Both the position numbers and the translations under genes were made by a program. Of a stretch of DNA of 64,000 nucleotides, positions 9,839-20,248 are shown in pieces (position 1 is the stretch's first letter; every line of letters begins with the position of its first letter). The notes under the pieces are model-generated. The model worked only from the letters and a program-made list of their open reading frames with translations, made no database searches and was not told the origin of the DNA. The stretch is from assembly GCA_963664225.1 (NCBI GenBank), contig OY760937.1:5696001-5760000 (forward strand), read 5' to 3'. The stretch is from Verrucomicrobiia bacterium. GTDB lineage: Bacteria > Verrucomicrobiota > Verrucomicrobiia > Limisphaerales > UBA1319.

Positions 9839-11857
9839 CTATTGGATTGGCGACAGCAGCACGTAATCGACGCCGGCCATGTAGGCTTGAACCGCCTTGG
9901 GATTTGCGCCGGTGATTTCCAGTGTCAGGTTGTGCTCGCCAGCGGTCAATTGGTGCGCGCCCATGTCCAGTGCGCCGGTGGGAACGACCGATGCATCATA
10001 GAGATCGACAGGATTACCAAGTTTTTCACCGTCCAAGTGGAGCTGAACGACTCCGTAATCGCCGGCCTTGGTCATCTGCAATTTCAATTGGTAGCGGCCC
10101 GTTTTGGAGACAGGCAAAGCGAGGCTGAGTTTGTTTCCAGGCTTTCCGTTCGTCCACCACAAGTGCGCGTTTTGACTCCATTGTCCCTCGTATTGGTCGG
10201 TAGCCTGCTCCTGGGTCTGACCACCAGTGCATCCGAGGATTTTCATGCGTTCGCCTTCAATGGCGCCTGCGACCGCATAATTGGTGATGTCCGTCCAATA
10301 CCCAACACGCTCCGACATGGGCCTGGCCATATAGGGATCAGTGCCGCCGGGGGCCAGATACCAATAAACCGTGCTGGCATAAAGAGTGGGTCGGGTGTTT
10401 GGGTAATACTTTTCGATGTCGCCTTCGAAGGAGGTATGGAACGGAATGTTATCTGTGATGTGCCACCGGTTTACGGAAACATGGCCCTTATTGTTCATCG
10501 AGATGGTTTGGTTATGATAGGCATTCTCGAACAAAGTGGGATTGCACCAGGCGTAGCCAAAGTAATCCTCTGATCCGGTGCCAATGGTGGACGGGAATTT
10601 CTCCCCATCGACAAAGAATTTCTCGTCGCCCTCGCCCCACCAACCGCCTTTGGGATTCCAAACATGCAGCATCACTCCGCAGAACCGTCCCGAGCCTTTG
10701 GTTTGAAGCATGGTCCAGTCAATCTGCCTTGCCGGGTCCGCTGGCAGGAGAGCGTCCCTATGCCATTTGGCGTGGAAACGGGCCATGTTCGCAGGATTGC
10801 CAGAAATCGGGGCGTGGGTGATTTCAAAAGTGATCTCCCGGTCCTCGGTGCCATCGTTTGCGAATTGCAGCTCGGCTTCTTTGGCAAACGGCATGTACCA
10901 ATAAGAATACCACCAACCGTCAGCGCTCAGACCCAGGGGGAGAGACTGGTAAACATGGGCTCCCGCAGCAGTGCCGAAGAAGTCGCCGAACGGTGCCCAT
11001 ACGCTGGGATACGGCTCGTCATCCCAGCGAATGCGAATGGACAATTCGCGCAAGGCGTTTTTGTCATTGCTGGAGGGAGGTAATTTGACCTTTGCGCGAA
11101 TTCCGGTGATCGCTCTTTGCCCGTGCAGGTTGATGGTGGTTTTGGCTCCTCCCGCAAGAGTCAGGCTCTTGGAAACCGTGTCGGCATCGGCTCGTGGCCC
11201 GGCGGGATCGCTTCCAGGATGCACAAGAATGTCATTTGCACGATCCAGAGCGCCGAGTTCGCCGCTCGATAATGTGCGTTTAAAAGTGGGGACGACAGTG
11301 CCTGGAGGAAACGTTCCATAGGTGAATTGGAAATACTGGCCCCAATTTTTATCCGCCACCACCTTGCAGGATTTTTGAAACGGGATTGGAGTGTAATTAT
11401 TCCAGCCCATCGCCACTGTGTGAACCAGCGCCGACCGCGTAAACGGTTCGTTTTTCCCATCGAAATAGCCGATGAAGGGTAAATCGACTGCTGGCTCGGT
11501 CGCCCCATCGAGATATATCCGAACATGACCATCCTTGGGCGCCGCCGACCAGATCCGCCAGATGCAACCCGGACCTTCCATCTCGGCCATTACGATTTGA
11601 TCGCCTTCCTTGCGAATGTAACCATCCCCGTCGCCATTGGCATCCCAAGCCACATACTTGTCAGTTGCTTTGTCATATCGGCTGGCTCGGTCATAGCTGG
11701 ACCATTGCTGACAGTTCTCGCCGGGTCCGGGAAGGGTGGCGAGGCGCTCCATGCTGGTCAGTCGGCCAACCAGGTCCTGGTAAGTCAAGATTTGCTCTGA
11801 CGCCAGCGCGGATGCGCCAAGGAGTCCCAAAGTGAGAATGGAACAAAAGGTTTTCAT
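9839..11857 (-). CDS. Secreted DUF2961 / GH172-like glycoside hydrolase with C-terminal beta-sandwich
   Basis: Signal peptide, GPGCIWRIW, P.GDFFG, WWGEGDEKFFVDGE and GTGSEDYFG. Confidence 0.8.
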   Translation of the reverse strand: MKTFCSILTLGLLGASALASEQILTYQDLVGRLTSMERLATLPGPGENCQQWSSYDRASRYDKATDKYVAWDANGDGDGYIRKEGDQIVMAEMEGPGCIWRIWSAAPKDGHVRIYLDGATEPAVDLPFIGYFDGKNEPFTRSALVHTVAMGWNNYTPIPFQKSCKVVADKNWGQYFQFTYGTFPPGTVVPTFKRTLSSGELGALDRANDILVHPGSDPAGPRADADTVSKSLTLAGGAKTTINLHGQRAITGIRAKVKLPPSSNDKNALRELSIRIRWDDEPYPSVWAPFGDFFGTAAGAHVYQSLPLGLSADGWWYSYWYMPFAKEAELQFANDGTEDREITFEITHAPISGNPANMARFHAKWHRDALLPADPARQIDWTMLQTKGSGRFCGVMLHVWNPKGGWWGEGDEKFFVDGEKFPSTIGTGSEDYFGYAWCNPTLFENAYHNQTISMNNKGHVSVNRWHITDNIPFHTSFEGDIEKYYPNTRPTLYASTVYWYLAPGGTDPYMARPMSERVGYWTDITNYAVAGAIEGERMKILGCTGGQTQEQATDQYEGQWSQNAHLWWTNGKPGNKLSLALPVSKTGRYQLKLQMTKAGDYGVVQLHLDGEKLGNPVDLYDASVVPTGALDMGAHQLTAGEHNLTLEITGANPKAVQAYMAGVDYVLLSPIQ

Positions 11858-11996
11858 AGGGTATATGGTTGAAGATTATTCGGCCGCACGATTCTGTCAA
11901 TAGAATGCTGCACCCACAAAACGATCGGAACCGTGCCCCTGCGAAAGCTTGACGTGGGAACCGATGCGAAAAACAACTGAAAATTGATAACGAGGA

Positions 11997-12086
11997 TGGC
12001 GGAAGGGACAGGAATCGAACCTGCGGTAGGGTTGCCCCTACTCCTGATTTCGAGTCAGGCGCCTTAGACCACTCAGCCACCCTTCC
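11997..12086 (-). tRNA. tRNA-Ser (anticodon CGA)
   Basis: Minus strand reads GGAAGGGTGGCTGAGTGGTCTAAGGCG-CCTGA-CT-CGA-AA-TCAGG, then a long variable arm, GGTTCGATTCC, and an encoded CCA end. Confidence 0.96.
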
Positions 12087-12442
12087 CGCCGTTTATTATC
12101 AATGACTTGCTACAGTCCGAATAATGTTCCATCGGCAAATTGACATTGCTTTTTGATGCCGTTTGCCTGACATCAGGCAAAGCAGAAGAAAAGGCTGGTT
12201 GGGCCATGACTTCCTACGCCAATCCGACTCGATAGCGACCGTCGTGCAAGTATTTCGCATGTCTTCGGGTCCGGGGCAAGCTCATAGTGCAATCCTTGAA
12301 AACTAATGTGATGGCTGCCCCCAATCTTCGGTCGTCGATTCAAAGACGGCTCTGCGTTAAAAGTTTGCAGAAACCAAGTGTCTCCTGTGAATCTTCCGAA
12401 CATTTAGTGTATTGGGAAATCTCGACTGCTGCCTCAAAATTA

Positions 12443-12492
12443 AAAAGAAAACCGGCCGGAGTCCTGGTGTTGCCATGGACTCGGACCGGTTT
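12443..12492 (-). terminator. Probable intrinsic terminator of typA
   Basis: AAACCGG..GAGTCC..GGACTC..CCGGTTT hairpin followed on the minus strand by TTTCTTTTT. Confidence 0.55.
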
Positions 12493-12536
12493 GAATAGAC
12501 TGAATTGGGATTCCCGCTGGAATCCGCAATGCAAGC

Positions 12537-14366
12537 TTAGTGCTGCTCCACTTTAATGTTCCGAATTTGGGATGCGCGCTTGCGCATGGTTTCATTAAGA
12601 AGTTTTTTGCGTAGGCGAAGATTATGGGGGGTGGCCTCCACATATTCGTCCCCTCCGATGTACTCCAGCGAGCGTTCCAAAGATAATTTAAGCGGAGGCT
12701 CGAGCTGGATTCCTTTGCCATCTCCGGTGGAGCGCATGTTGCTCAGTTTCTTTGCCTTGCATGGATTGACAGGGATATCGCCTTCACGCGGGTTTTCGCC
12801 CACGATCATTCCACTATAAATTTCATCGCCCGGCTCGACCATGAGCCGTCCGCGCTCTTGAATGGCGTTGAGCGCGTAGGATGTGGCCACGCCGTTTTCC
12901 ATGCTGACCAGGGAGCCTGTTTTGCGGGATATGACTTCTCCGCGATCAGCTCCGTAGCTGTTGAATAAATGGCTCATGACACCCATGCCGCGAGTCATAT
13001 TCACCAGGTCGGTTTCAAAGCCAATCAAACCACGGGTCGGGATGAGCGCCTCGATGCTGATCTGATCAGCATGATGTGCCATATGGCTGATTTCCGCTTT
13101 GCGGTTGGAAAGGTTTTCAAGCACCGATCCCATCGCGTCTTTTGGAATTTCCAGGAACAGGTTTTCAAGGGGTTCCAGCAGGTTTCCCTGCTCATCGCGA
13201 TGGTAAATGACCTCCGGACGGGAAACGAGAACTTCGTAGCCTTCGCGCCGCATTTGCTCCACCAAAATGGCGATTTGCATTTCACCACGACCGCTGACTT
13301 CAAAGATGTTTGGCGCATCGGTCTGGGCTATTTTGATGCTGATGTTCGTGCGGATTTCCTTTTGGAGCCGCTCCCAGATATGACGCGCGGTGACCAGTTT
13401 TCCGTCCTTGCCACCCAGAGGGCCGTCGTTGACGGCAAATTCCATGTGAATGGTGGGCGGGTCGATTGGTTGGAAGGGCAGAGGGATTCGCTCCGGAGTA
13501 TCGGTCACAGTTTCACCGATGAAGACGTCATCAAAACCCGATAATCCGATGATGTCACCGGCGCCGGCGGATTGGATTTCGATACGTTGAAGCCCGTCGA
13601 AATGAAAAATGGCGGTGACCTTGCCGGTATCTTTCCGTCCGTCGCCGTGCAAACAGGCTACAGAGTCTCCCACGGCGACTTTGCCGCCGAGAATTTTGCC
13701 CAGGGCGATGCGTCCCAAATAGTCCGAGTAATCCAGGTTGGAGACCAGCAACTTAAATTCGCTGTCCGGGTCCGCCTTTGGCGGAGGGATTTGATTGATA
13801 ATGGCATCAAACAAAGGCTGAATGGTTTTGCTGGGATGCTTCAGATCGGCGGTGGCAAAACCCTCTTTGGCACTGGCGTAAATGACTGGAAAATCCAATT
13901 GGACGTCCGTGGCATTAAGGGACATGAACAATTCAAAAACCTGGTCGAGCACCTTGTGGGGGGTGGCATTTTCGCGATCAATCTTGTTGATGACCACGAT
14001 CGGCTTGGCACCCGCTTCCAGTGCCTTACGCAGGACGAATCGCGTCTGGGCCTGCGGACCGTCCACGGCATCCACAACCAAGAGAACGCCGTCGATCATG
14101 TTCAGGGCGCGTTCCACTTCACCACCGAAATCCGCATGTCCCGGGGTGTCCACAATGTTGATGTGGTAATCTTTGTATTTAAAGGCGGCGTTTTTGGCGC
14201 GGATGGTAATGCCTTTTTCGCGTTCAAGGTCCATGGAATCCATCATGCGCTCCTCTGTGGCCTGGTTGGCGCGAAAAGTTCCAGACTGTTTCATTAAACA
14301 GTCAACCAACGTGGTTTTACCGTGGTCCACGTGAGCAATGATGGCAATGTTTCGAATATGCAGCAT
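12537..14366 (-). CDS. typA: Translational GTPase TypA/BipA
   Basis: IRNIAIIAHVDHGKTT, EREKGITI, DTPGHADFGGEVER, NKID, SGRGEMQ and the TypA C-terminal domain (EYVEATPHNLRLRK). Confidence 0.96.
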   Translation of the reverse strand: MLHIRNIAIIAHVDHGKTTLVDCLMKQSGTFRANQATEERMMDSMDLEREKGITIRAKNAAFKYKDYHINIVDTPGHADFGGEVERALNMIDGVLLVVDAVDGPQAQTRFVLRKALEAGAKPIVVINKIDRENATPHKVLDQVFELFMSLNATDVQLDFPVIYASAKEGFATADLKHPSKTIQPLFDAIINQIPPPKADPDSEFKLLVSNLDYSDYLGRIALGKILGGKVAVGDSVACLHGDGRKDTGKVTAIFHFDGLQRIEIQSAGAGDIIGLSGFDDVFIGETVTDTPERIPLPFQPIDPPTIHMEFAVNDGPLGGKDGKLVTARHIWERLQKEIRTNISIKIAQTDAPNIFEVSGRGEMQIAILVEQMRREGYEVLVSRPEVIYHRDEQGNLLEPLENLFLEIPKDAMGSVLENLSNRKAEISHMAHHADQISIEALIPTRGLIGFETDLVNMTRGMGVMSHLFNSYGADRGEVISRKTGSLVSMENGVATSYALNAIQERGRLMVEPGDEIYSGMIVGENPREGDIPVNPCKAKKLSNMRSTGDGKGIQLEPPLKLSLERSLEYIGGDEYVEATPHNLRLRKKLLNETMRKRASQIRNIKVEQH

Positions 14367-14516
14367 ACAAATATCTCTCAATCGAGCCAGACATCTTGTT
14401 CAAATATAAATTATAAAGCAAGTTTTTGCGGAAAAAATCGGATGTCGCTTCAAAAAAAGGCTAAAATGAGGCAGATTTGTCCATTCCAAGCCATGGGTTT
14501 CTGCTCATGGATCAGC

Positions 14517-14557
14517 AAAAAGAGGCAACGATGAGAGATTATCTCCGTTGCCTTTTT
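14517..14557. terminator. Intrinsic terminator downstream of the GH38-like gene
   Basis: AAAAAGAGGCAACG...CGTTGCCTTTTT inverted repeat with flanking A and T tracts. Confidence 0.6.
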
Positions 14558-14633
14558 GGCGAGATGGTGACCCGTTGAGAGTGGCTCAACGCTATATAGT
14601 GAAGTAAGTCATTGCGCAGGAATTGATTATCTA

Positions 14634-17600
14634 CTAAAACTCGGCGCGTAAACTTACGAGGCTATAGCCGGGCACCTTTATTGCGCCAGTTAGAGGCTTT
14701 CCGAGCTTTTCACTGGTGTCCGTAAGATAAATGGCTTTGGGTTTTCGACCGCCCCAAGTGATGTGGGTATCGTGCGTCTTACCTGAAACGCCGAACAGGC
14801 GAACGATCAGCGCTTTGCCGTCATCGGCGGGCTTCAGGGCGGATACCAGGATGTCTGGGGAGTCCACCTGCAAGAGGGGTGCCGCGGGCCGTGAAGATTC
14901 GGAAGCGCGGACGGGAAGGAGCGCGAAACTCCGGCTCAACCCGAACCGGGCCGACTCGGCCGGGTTGGATTGGCGATGCGGCCGCAAAACGAAGCGAAAG
15001 ACCACGGGGCCATCCTGGTAGGCGCGGTAATTGGTTCCCCAGTGGTTGTTCATGGACCAGGAATAAATTTTCTGGGTGGGTTCCACTTTTTTTCGCCAGA
15101 CATCGGGATTGGTTTGGGAATTGAGGAGTGTGGCGGTGATGCCGCCCACTTCCACCAAAGGCGCGTCGAGTGTGACCCAGGTGACACCACGGTTTTTGTT
15201 TGAGACTTCGGCCCAGCGTCCGACGGTGAACCAGTTCTTGCAGGCGCTGGGCATCTGATCGAGTTCCGGGCGCATGACACCCAAAGGGATATCCAGGAGA
15301 ATCTCCCCACCAGGCACGTTGAATGGAAATGCGAAATTGACGCTCTCCTTGCCTTCTTTGGCCATGTAGCTTTTTACATCGAGACGGGCCTTATCGACGG
15401 TGTTGATGATTTCGACATGGTCCATACCGGCGACGATGCGGATTTCCCGCTGCAACATGCGGCAGCCGGGGGCTGCGGATTCCACGATGAGCGAGGCGAC
15501 CAACGGACCTTTTTCGCCAACGCGCAGTTTCACCGGTCCATTGCGCTGGAGATTGGCCGGGTCTTCGCCTATGAGATAGCGATAATCATTGAGGGATTCG
15601 CCATTGCTTGTGTCGGCGAAATTCCCATCCACGCCGTGCAAGGTTAACTCAACAATGCCGCCCGTGATTTCATCGATGCGCACCCTTACGATGCCATTAT
15701 CCAGAACCGCGCCATTCACCGTTGCGGGTTTGGAGACGGCAGGAGAACCGTTGGCCACTCGATAGCGACGGGAACCCAAGGCGGGGATTTTGCTGGCCAT
15801 GAACACCATTTCGCCGGATGCGAGCCTTTGGGACGGCACGGGTTTGCCACGATCATCGATGATGGACGATCCCAGCGTAGCCAGTTCGGGCGAAAGCATC
15901 ACCAGATCGGTGCGGGTCCATGAAAGAGTGTTGAAGACATCGAAGACCGGCTCATTCGACGGTTTTCCACCGATGGCTTGTTTTAGGAGGGCTTCAGATT
16001 GTTGAGCGGCTTGCGTGGCGTAGCTCCTTTTAATGGCCCATTGTTCCTTTGTTTCCTTGCGTTCGGGTTCGCCCACGCTGCACCAGGCACCCCAGGTATG
16101 TTCCGAATAGAGCAGAACATTGTCCCACGCGTCATTGAAAGCTGCTTTGGGGTAATCCTGAGGACGCAACATGGCAAACAGGGTTTCCGCCTGGGCAAGC
16201 CGGTCGGAACTGGTGCGATTCATGCCAGTTTCGAGGGCGCTGGAGCCAGCGCCGTCCTCCCAATATGGGGTCCAATCGCCACGGACGACAGGCAGTTTAT
16301 CTCCGTATCGTTTTTCCAGTGCCTGAAAGGCCTCGCTGGCGGAGGAGATGACAAATTTGGGCCAGGCGTATTTCGAATTCCAATCCTTGACCGCCTCGCT
16401 GATTTCCAAGTCGGGCACTGCGTTATCGCCGTGACCGCTCCAGCGCACATGGGCGATGTCATAGGTGTAGCCGCGTTTGGCCAGGCCATCACAGAAATCG
16501 TCCACGAGTTCCGGAGTCAACCGGCCATAACGGTGAGACATGGCGTAGCCCCAGAACGGAATCCAGACGAGGACCTTGGATGTTCCATCCGGCCCCATCC
16601 AATAGAAGGGTTTGTTTTCCCACTCGCGCAATATGGTGCCGATGCGGTCGCCGTAATTGGGTGCAGTGGAGAAATATTTAATGCCCGCCATGTTCATCGC
16701 GGGAACCGTTCCCCACGTATAGCCGGGGACATCGCTGATCATGGCCGAATCGATGGTTATTCCACAGCGTTGGGCCAACTCCGTGGAGAAGCGGAACAAT
16801 CGAATCAGCTCTTCAGGGCGGCAAAGGCCGGTCAGTTCATTGAGATACATTCCGCACAAGGCGACCTGTCCGCTTTTGACCGCGTCCAGGAATGCGGTCC
16901 TCTGAGTGTCGTCCATGCGACGCAGGTATAAATCTGCCGCCCAAAGAACTTCGACATTCCAGACGAAACGGGAACCTGCGGGGTAATTGGCGGTTTTCTT
17001 CGCATACTCAATTCCCTGGAGGAGGTTGTTGACCTGCTTTTTTTCGATGTCGGTCTGGATTTCGGTATAGCCGATGTCCGTATGGGAGTGGGGCAGGACA
17101 TAGACGGTGAGTTTGGGAACCGGTTTCAAATGAACCACCTTGGCGGCTTTGGACTGGCCGTTGATTTGAACGGTCATTTTCCGATCTGTTTCCGTCGATA
17201 CGGCCGGTGTGAGAAAAATGTTGGTGTGAATACCTTCCTGGATTTTTCCCAAGGGCAGCGGTGTCGATCCTTCGACGTTCAAAACGGCATCGGCCTCCGC
17301 ACCAAAATGACGTAGAACGACCCGGATGGGCTGTTGCCAGGCTCCCTCTTTTTCCACCAATCCCCGGATGGTTTGCACCTCCTGAATCAGGGTAAGATCA
17401 TAGAGATTCGATAATTCGGCACCCGACGGGGTCGCAAGGCCGACCGAGTCGTAAAGCATCCAACAGCCATTGATGATGGTTAGGGTGACCGTATTATCTC
17501 CCTCCTTTAGAACGGATGATGGGAACGGAATGGAAACCTGGGTGGGTTTTCCCTTGGTTGGATCGCCGTTAATGGAATCGTCGCCGCCGCCGCGGGGCAG

Positions 17601-18005
17601 GGCACGTTCAAATGTCTGGTCGTTGATTTGAATGCGCAGGGTTGGAGGCAGGGAGGCTTGAGTGTCCAATAGATCCAACTGAAGTCGGCATTCGCCGGGG
17701 GTGGGCAGTTTTTTCAAAACAAACAGAATCGTGAAGGGATGAGGGCGTCCACCGGCCCAGGCGTCCTGCAGACCGGGGTGGACATAGGGCCAGTCCTTCC
17801 GGGTGTCTGAAGCGCCCACAAGAAAGAATCCGTCCTGGTTAAAGCGGCTGAAACCACCGGGGGCGAGCGCAAATTCCGAGTTTTTGTGGTCGGGCTGACC
17901 CACCTGCCAAAGCCAGGCGTTATCCGCGGCGGTTGCGGAAGTGAGCGTGAGCATTGCCAGGCAGATCAGAGCGACAGCCTGGAGGAACAGGCGCGGCGCG
18001 GACAT
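14634..18005 (-). CDS. Secreted GH38 (alpha-mannosidase-like) glycoside hydrolase with N-terminal polysaccharide-lyase-type beta-sandwich
   Basis: HSHTDIGYT metal motif, ISDVPG, LLYSEHTWG and C-terminal LKPADDGKALIVRL. A signal peptide follows MSAPRLF (ATG 18005). The ORF-track extension overlaps the upstream gene. Confidence 0.75.
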   Translation of the reverse strand: MSAPRLFLQAVALICLAMLTLTSATAADNAWLWQVGQPDHKNSEFALAPGGFSRFNQDGFFLVGASDTRKDWPYVHPGLQDAWAGGRPHPFTILFVLKKLPTPGECRLQLDLLDTQASLPPTLRIQINDQTFERALPRGGGDDSINGDPTKGKPTQVSIPFPSSVLKEGDNTVTLTIINGCWMLYDSVGLATPSGAELSNLYDLTLIQEVQTIRGLVEKEGAWQQPIRVVLRHFGAEADAVLNVEGSTPLPLGKIQEGIHTNIFLTPAVSTETDRKMTVQINGQSKAAKVVHLKPVPKLTVYVLPHSHTDIGYTEIQTDIEKKQVNNLLQGIEYAKKTANYPAGSRFVWNVEVLWAADLYLRRMDDTQRTAFLDAVKSGQVALCGMYLNELTGLCRPEELIRLFRFSTELAQRCGITIDSAMISDVPGYTWGTVPAMNMAGIKYFSTAPNYGDRIGTILREWENKPFYWMGPDGTSKVLVWIPFWGYAMSHRYGRLTPELVDDFCDGLAKRGYTYDIAHVRWSGHGDNAVPDLEISEAVKDWNSKYAWPKFVISSASEAFQALEKRYGDKLPVVRGDWTPYWEDGAGSSALETGMNRTSSDRLAQAETLFAMLRPQDYPKAAFNDAWDNVLLYSEHTWGAWCSVGEPERKETKEQWAIKRSYATQAAQQSEALLKQAIGGKPSNEPVFDVFNTLSWTRTDLVMLSPELATLGSSIIDDRGKPVPSQRLASGEMVFMASKIPALGSRRYRVANGSPAVSKPATVNGAVLDNGIVRVRIDEITGGIVELTLHGVDGNFADTSNGESLNDYRYLIGEDPANLQRNGPVKLRVGEKGPLVASLIVESAAPGCRMLQREIRIVAGMDHVEIINTVDKARLDVKSYMAKEGKESVNFAFPFNVPGGEILLDIPLGVMRPELDQMPSACKNWFTVGRWAEVSNKNRGVTWVTLDAPLVEVGGITATLLNSQTNPDVWRKKVEPTQKIYSWSMNNHWGTNYRAYQDGPVVFRFVLRPHRQSNPAESARFGLSRSFALLPVRASESSRPAAPLLQVDSPDILVSALKPADDGKALIVRLFGVSGKTHDTHITWGGRKPKAIYLTDTSEKLGKPLTGAIKVPGYSLVSLRAEF

Positions 18006-18285
18006 GCGCTGAATATCGACAGGTCGATTGCGGGACAGGGCCGAAGATGGCGGGTGCGCGTGCGTTCTCATAGGTGGTGTTTCGTGGATGGAGGATAACC
18101 TGTGCGGAGGCCAGCGGGCAACTGGAATTTTAAGAAGGCGGGGGAAAAATGAGGACGCCACGAAATGAACGAAATAATTGAAATGGAAAGGTGTAATCCG
18201 CAGATGCCGCAGAGATGCGCAGATCGAACCCCAAGAACCTGGTGCGGTACTTTCTATAGAGAATTTGTCCTGCGCCCCGGTAAAA

Positions 18286-18828
18286 TTATATGCGGGAGCG
18301 TTCGGGTGTATTGGCGAGTCTGGGGAATGTTCTTTGAAGCTCCCGGATGAATTTTTCCGGATCGTCCGGTGTAACAACGACGGTGCGCGTTCGTAACTTG
18401 AGGACAACGGCACGTTTTGGGTCCGTGATATAGGCCCGGTAGCGGCCCAATTTTTCGTTTCGAAACAGGCCGCTCATGGCGAAAAGTCCGTCATTGCCCC
18501 AGATTTTCCTGGAGCGTTTGGTGACTTCAGGATCGTGGTAAACGGCTTCCAAATCGCCAAGGTCCAGAGTGTTCGACCATAAAAGGCGCTGAATGCTTAA
18601 GCGGCCCGCATCCAGAGTGTAACCGCGAATCATGAAGAAGGCGCAGCCCAGCAAAATGGCCGGGGGCACAACCAGCATGATCAATAGCACCCTGATGCTC
18701 ATGGCTGGAGAGTGTGCAGCGCGCAAGATAATGAATTGAATGGCTGGCAATATGAGCAGCAGAGAGCCGGTCAGAATGGTGAGGAGGATCACTTTTCGCC
18801 CCCACGGGGCCGAGAAAGATATATTCAT
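18286..18828 (-). CDS. Membrane protein with bacterial PH domain
   Basis: Two N-terminal TM helices, then [12 protein letters not shown] and [11 protein letters not shown], typical of bPH domains. Start overlaps the Arc gene stop. Confidence 0.7.
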   Translation of the reverse strand: MNISFSAPWGRKVILLTILTGSLLLILPAIQFIILRAAHSPAMSIRVLLIMLVVPPAILLGCAFFMIRGYTLDAGRLSIQRLLWSNTLDLGDLEAVYHDPEVTKRSRKIWGNDGLFAMSGLFRNEKLGRYRAYITDPKRAVVLKLRTRTVVVTPDDPEKFIRELQRTFPRLANTPERSRI

Positions 18829-19016
18829 GAGTTCTTTGGTTCTTCAGGGATTGAGGTGGAGGAGCGGGACGACCCCTTGCGGTGCTGTGTGACAGACTGC
18901 CGCAAGAGGTATTCGATCTGGCCGTTGACACTGCGCAATTCTTCCTGCGCCCAAGCCTCCAACTCCGACCAGAGCTTGGGATCGATCCGCAGCAAGAATG
19001 ACTTTCTATTTTCCAT
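18825..19016 (-). CDS. Arc/ribbon-helix-helix DNA-binding protein
   Basis: [34 protein letters not shown]. Confidence 0.85.
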   Translation of the reverse strand: MENRKSFLLRIDPKLWSELEAWAQEELRSVNGQIEYLLRQSVTQHRKGSSRSSTSIPEEPKNS

Positions 19017-19122
19017 GCCCGACGTTGTGAAAGTTCAATTCTGTATTTGTTATCAGTGATAGCCGATGTGCCGGGTGAGGGCACCAGGCCCACAGCCTGA
19101 AAGATCACTTCTGTATTCGTTC

Positions 19123-20034
19123 TCAGTGATAGAGGGTGCCGGCATTCACCACGGGGTGGACTTCGGATTCGGCGCAAAGAACGACCAGGAGGTTGCTCAC
19201 CATCGAAGCCTTGCGTTCCTCATCGAGATTGACGACGGATTTCTCCGCCAATTCGCGCAAGGCCATATCGACCATGCTGACCGCGCCGTGGACGATTTGT
19301 TTTCTGGCGGCGATGACCGCCTCGGCCTGCTGGCGGCGCAACATGGCGCTGGCAATTTCCGGTGCGTAAGCCAGATGGGTCAAACGGGCTTCCTCGACGA
19401 TCACACCCGCCTTGGCCAGACGCTCCTGCAATTCCTTGCGGAGGTTCACGGAGACCTCATCCACACCGCTGCGCAGGGTGATTTCGTTTTCTTCACCGTG
19501 GTCGTAAGCGTAGCTGCTGGCGAGGTGACGGACGGCGGATTCGCTTTGAACGCTGACGTAATCATCGTAGCGCTCCACGTCGAACATCGCCTGGGCGGTG
19601 TCCTCGATCCGCCAGACCACGACCGCGCCGATTTCGATGGGGTTGCCCCGTTTGTCGTTCACCTTCAAGGGTTGGCCATTGAGATTATGGGCGCGCAACG
19701 AAATGCGGAGTTTTCGATTGAACGGATTGGTCCAATGAAAACCGCTTTCGCGCACCGTTCCCACATAAGCGCCGAAAAGGATCAGCACACGAGCCTCATT
19801 CGGCTGCAGGGTGAAAAAGCCCGAGGACAGAATGGATAACAGGATTAATCCTGTGATGCCTCCGAACAGAGAGAGCAGATTAGGCTCGGAGTTGGTTTGG
19901 ACGGCAATGACGATCGAGTGAATGGTCAGATAGAGGCTGCCCACAATCATCAGGAAGATGATGCCTGCCATGAACCAGCCATTAATAACCCCGACTTGTC
20001 TTTCCTTGGATGCGACTTGGATTTGGTTGCTCAT
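19123..20034 (-). CDS. SPFH (band 7/stomatin/prohibitin) membrane protein
   Basis: Two TM helices, [19 protein letters not shown], and [17 protein letters not shown]. Confidence 0.92.
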   Translation of the reverse strand: MSNQIQVASKERQVGVINGWFMAGIIFLMIVGSLYLTIHSIVIAVQTNSEPNLLSLFGGITGLILLSILSSGFFTLQPNEARVLILFGAYVGTVRESGFHWTNPFNRKLRISLRAHNLNGQPLKVNDKRGNPIEIGAVVVWRIEDTAQAMFDVERYDDYVSVQSESAVRHLASSYAYDHGEENEITLRSGVDEVSVNLRKELQERLAKAGVIVEEARLTHLAYAPEIASAMLRRQQAEAVIAARKQIVHGAVSMVDMALRELAEKSVVNLDEERKASMVSNLLVVLCAESEVHPVVNAGTLYH

Positions 20035-20055
20035 AAAGTTAGGTAGGTATTATTT

Positions 20056-20098
20056 ATATACCATAGTGATATCATAACGCAATCACGGCAGGTGTCAA
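20056..20098 (-). promoter_or_regulatory. Sigma70-type promoter of the SPFH operon overlapped by a TGATATCA palindrome
   Basis: Minus strand TTGACA (20098-20093), 16-bp spacer, TATGAT (20076-20071). Palindrome TGATATCA at 20067-20074. Confidence 0.55.
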
Positions 20099-20248
20099 TC
20101 CCCTGAATGAAATTAATTGAAGAAAGGGGGAAGTGCGCATCAAGAGTCAGGCCTCCGGGGATGAATAAGGAAATTCGAGGAGATGAATCAAGATCAATCC
20201 CGAGACTGCCAAAAGCGATACGAAAAAAGCCTCGATGAGGCGTGCAAC

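Noticed and set aside
11691..12080. 129-aa ORF starting MAEWSKAPDSKSG
   Set aside because: It is a translation of the tRNA-Ser gene.
11997..12109. tRNA-Ser as an integration site
   Set aside because: No integrase nearby and no duplicated tRNA 3' end seen. The IHF-like TATCAATGACTTG at 12097 is insufficient alone.
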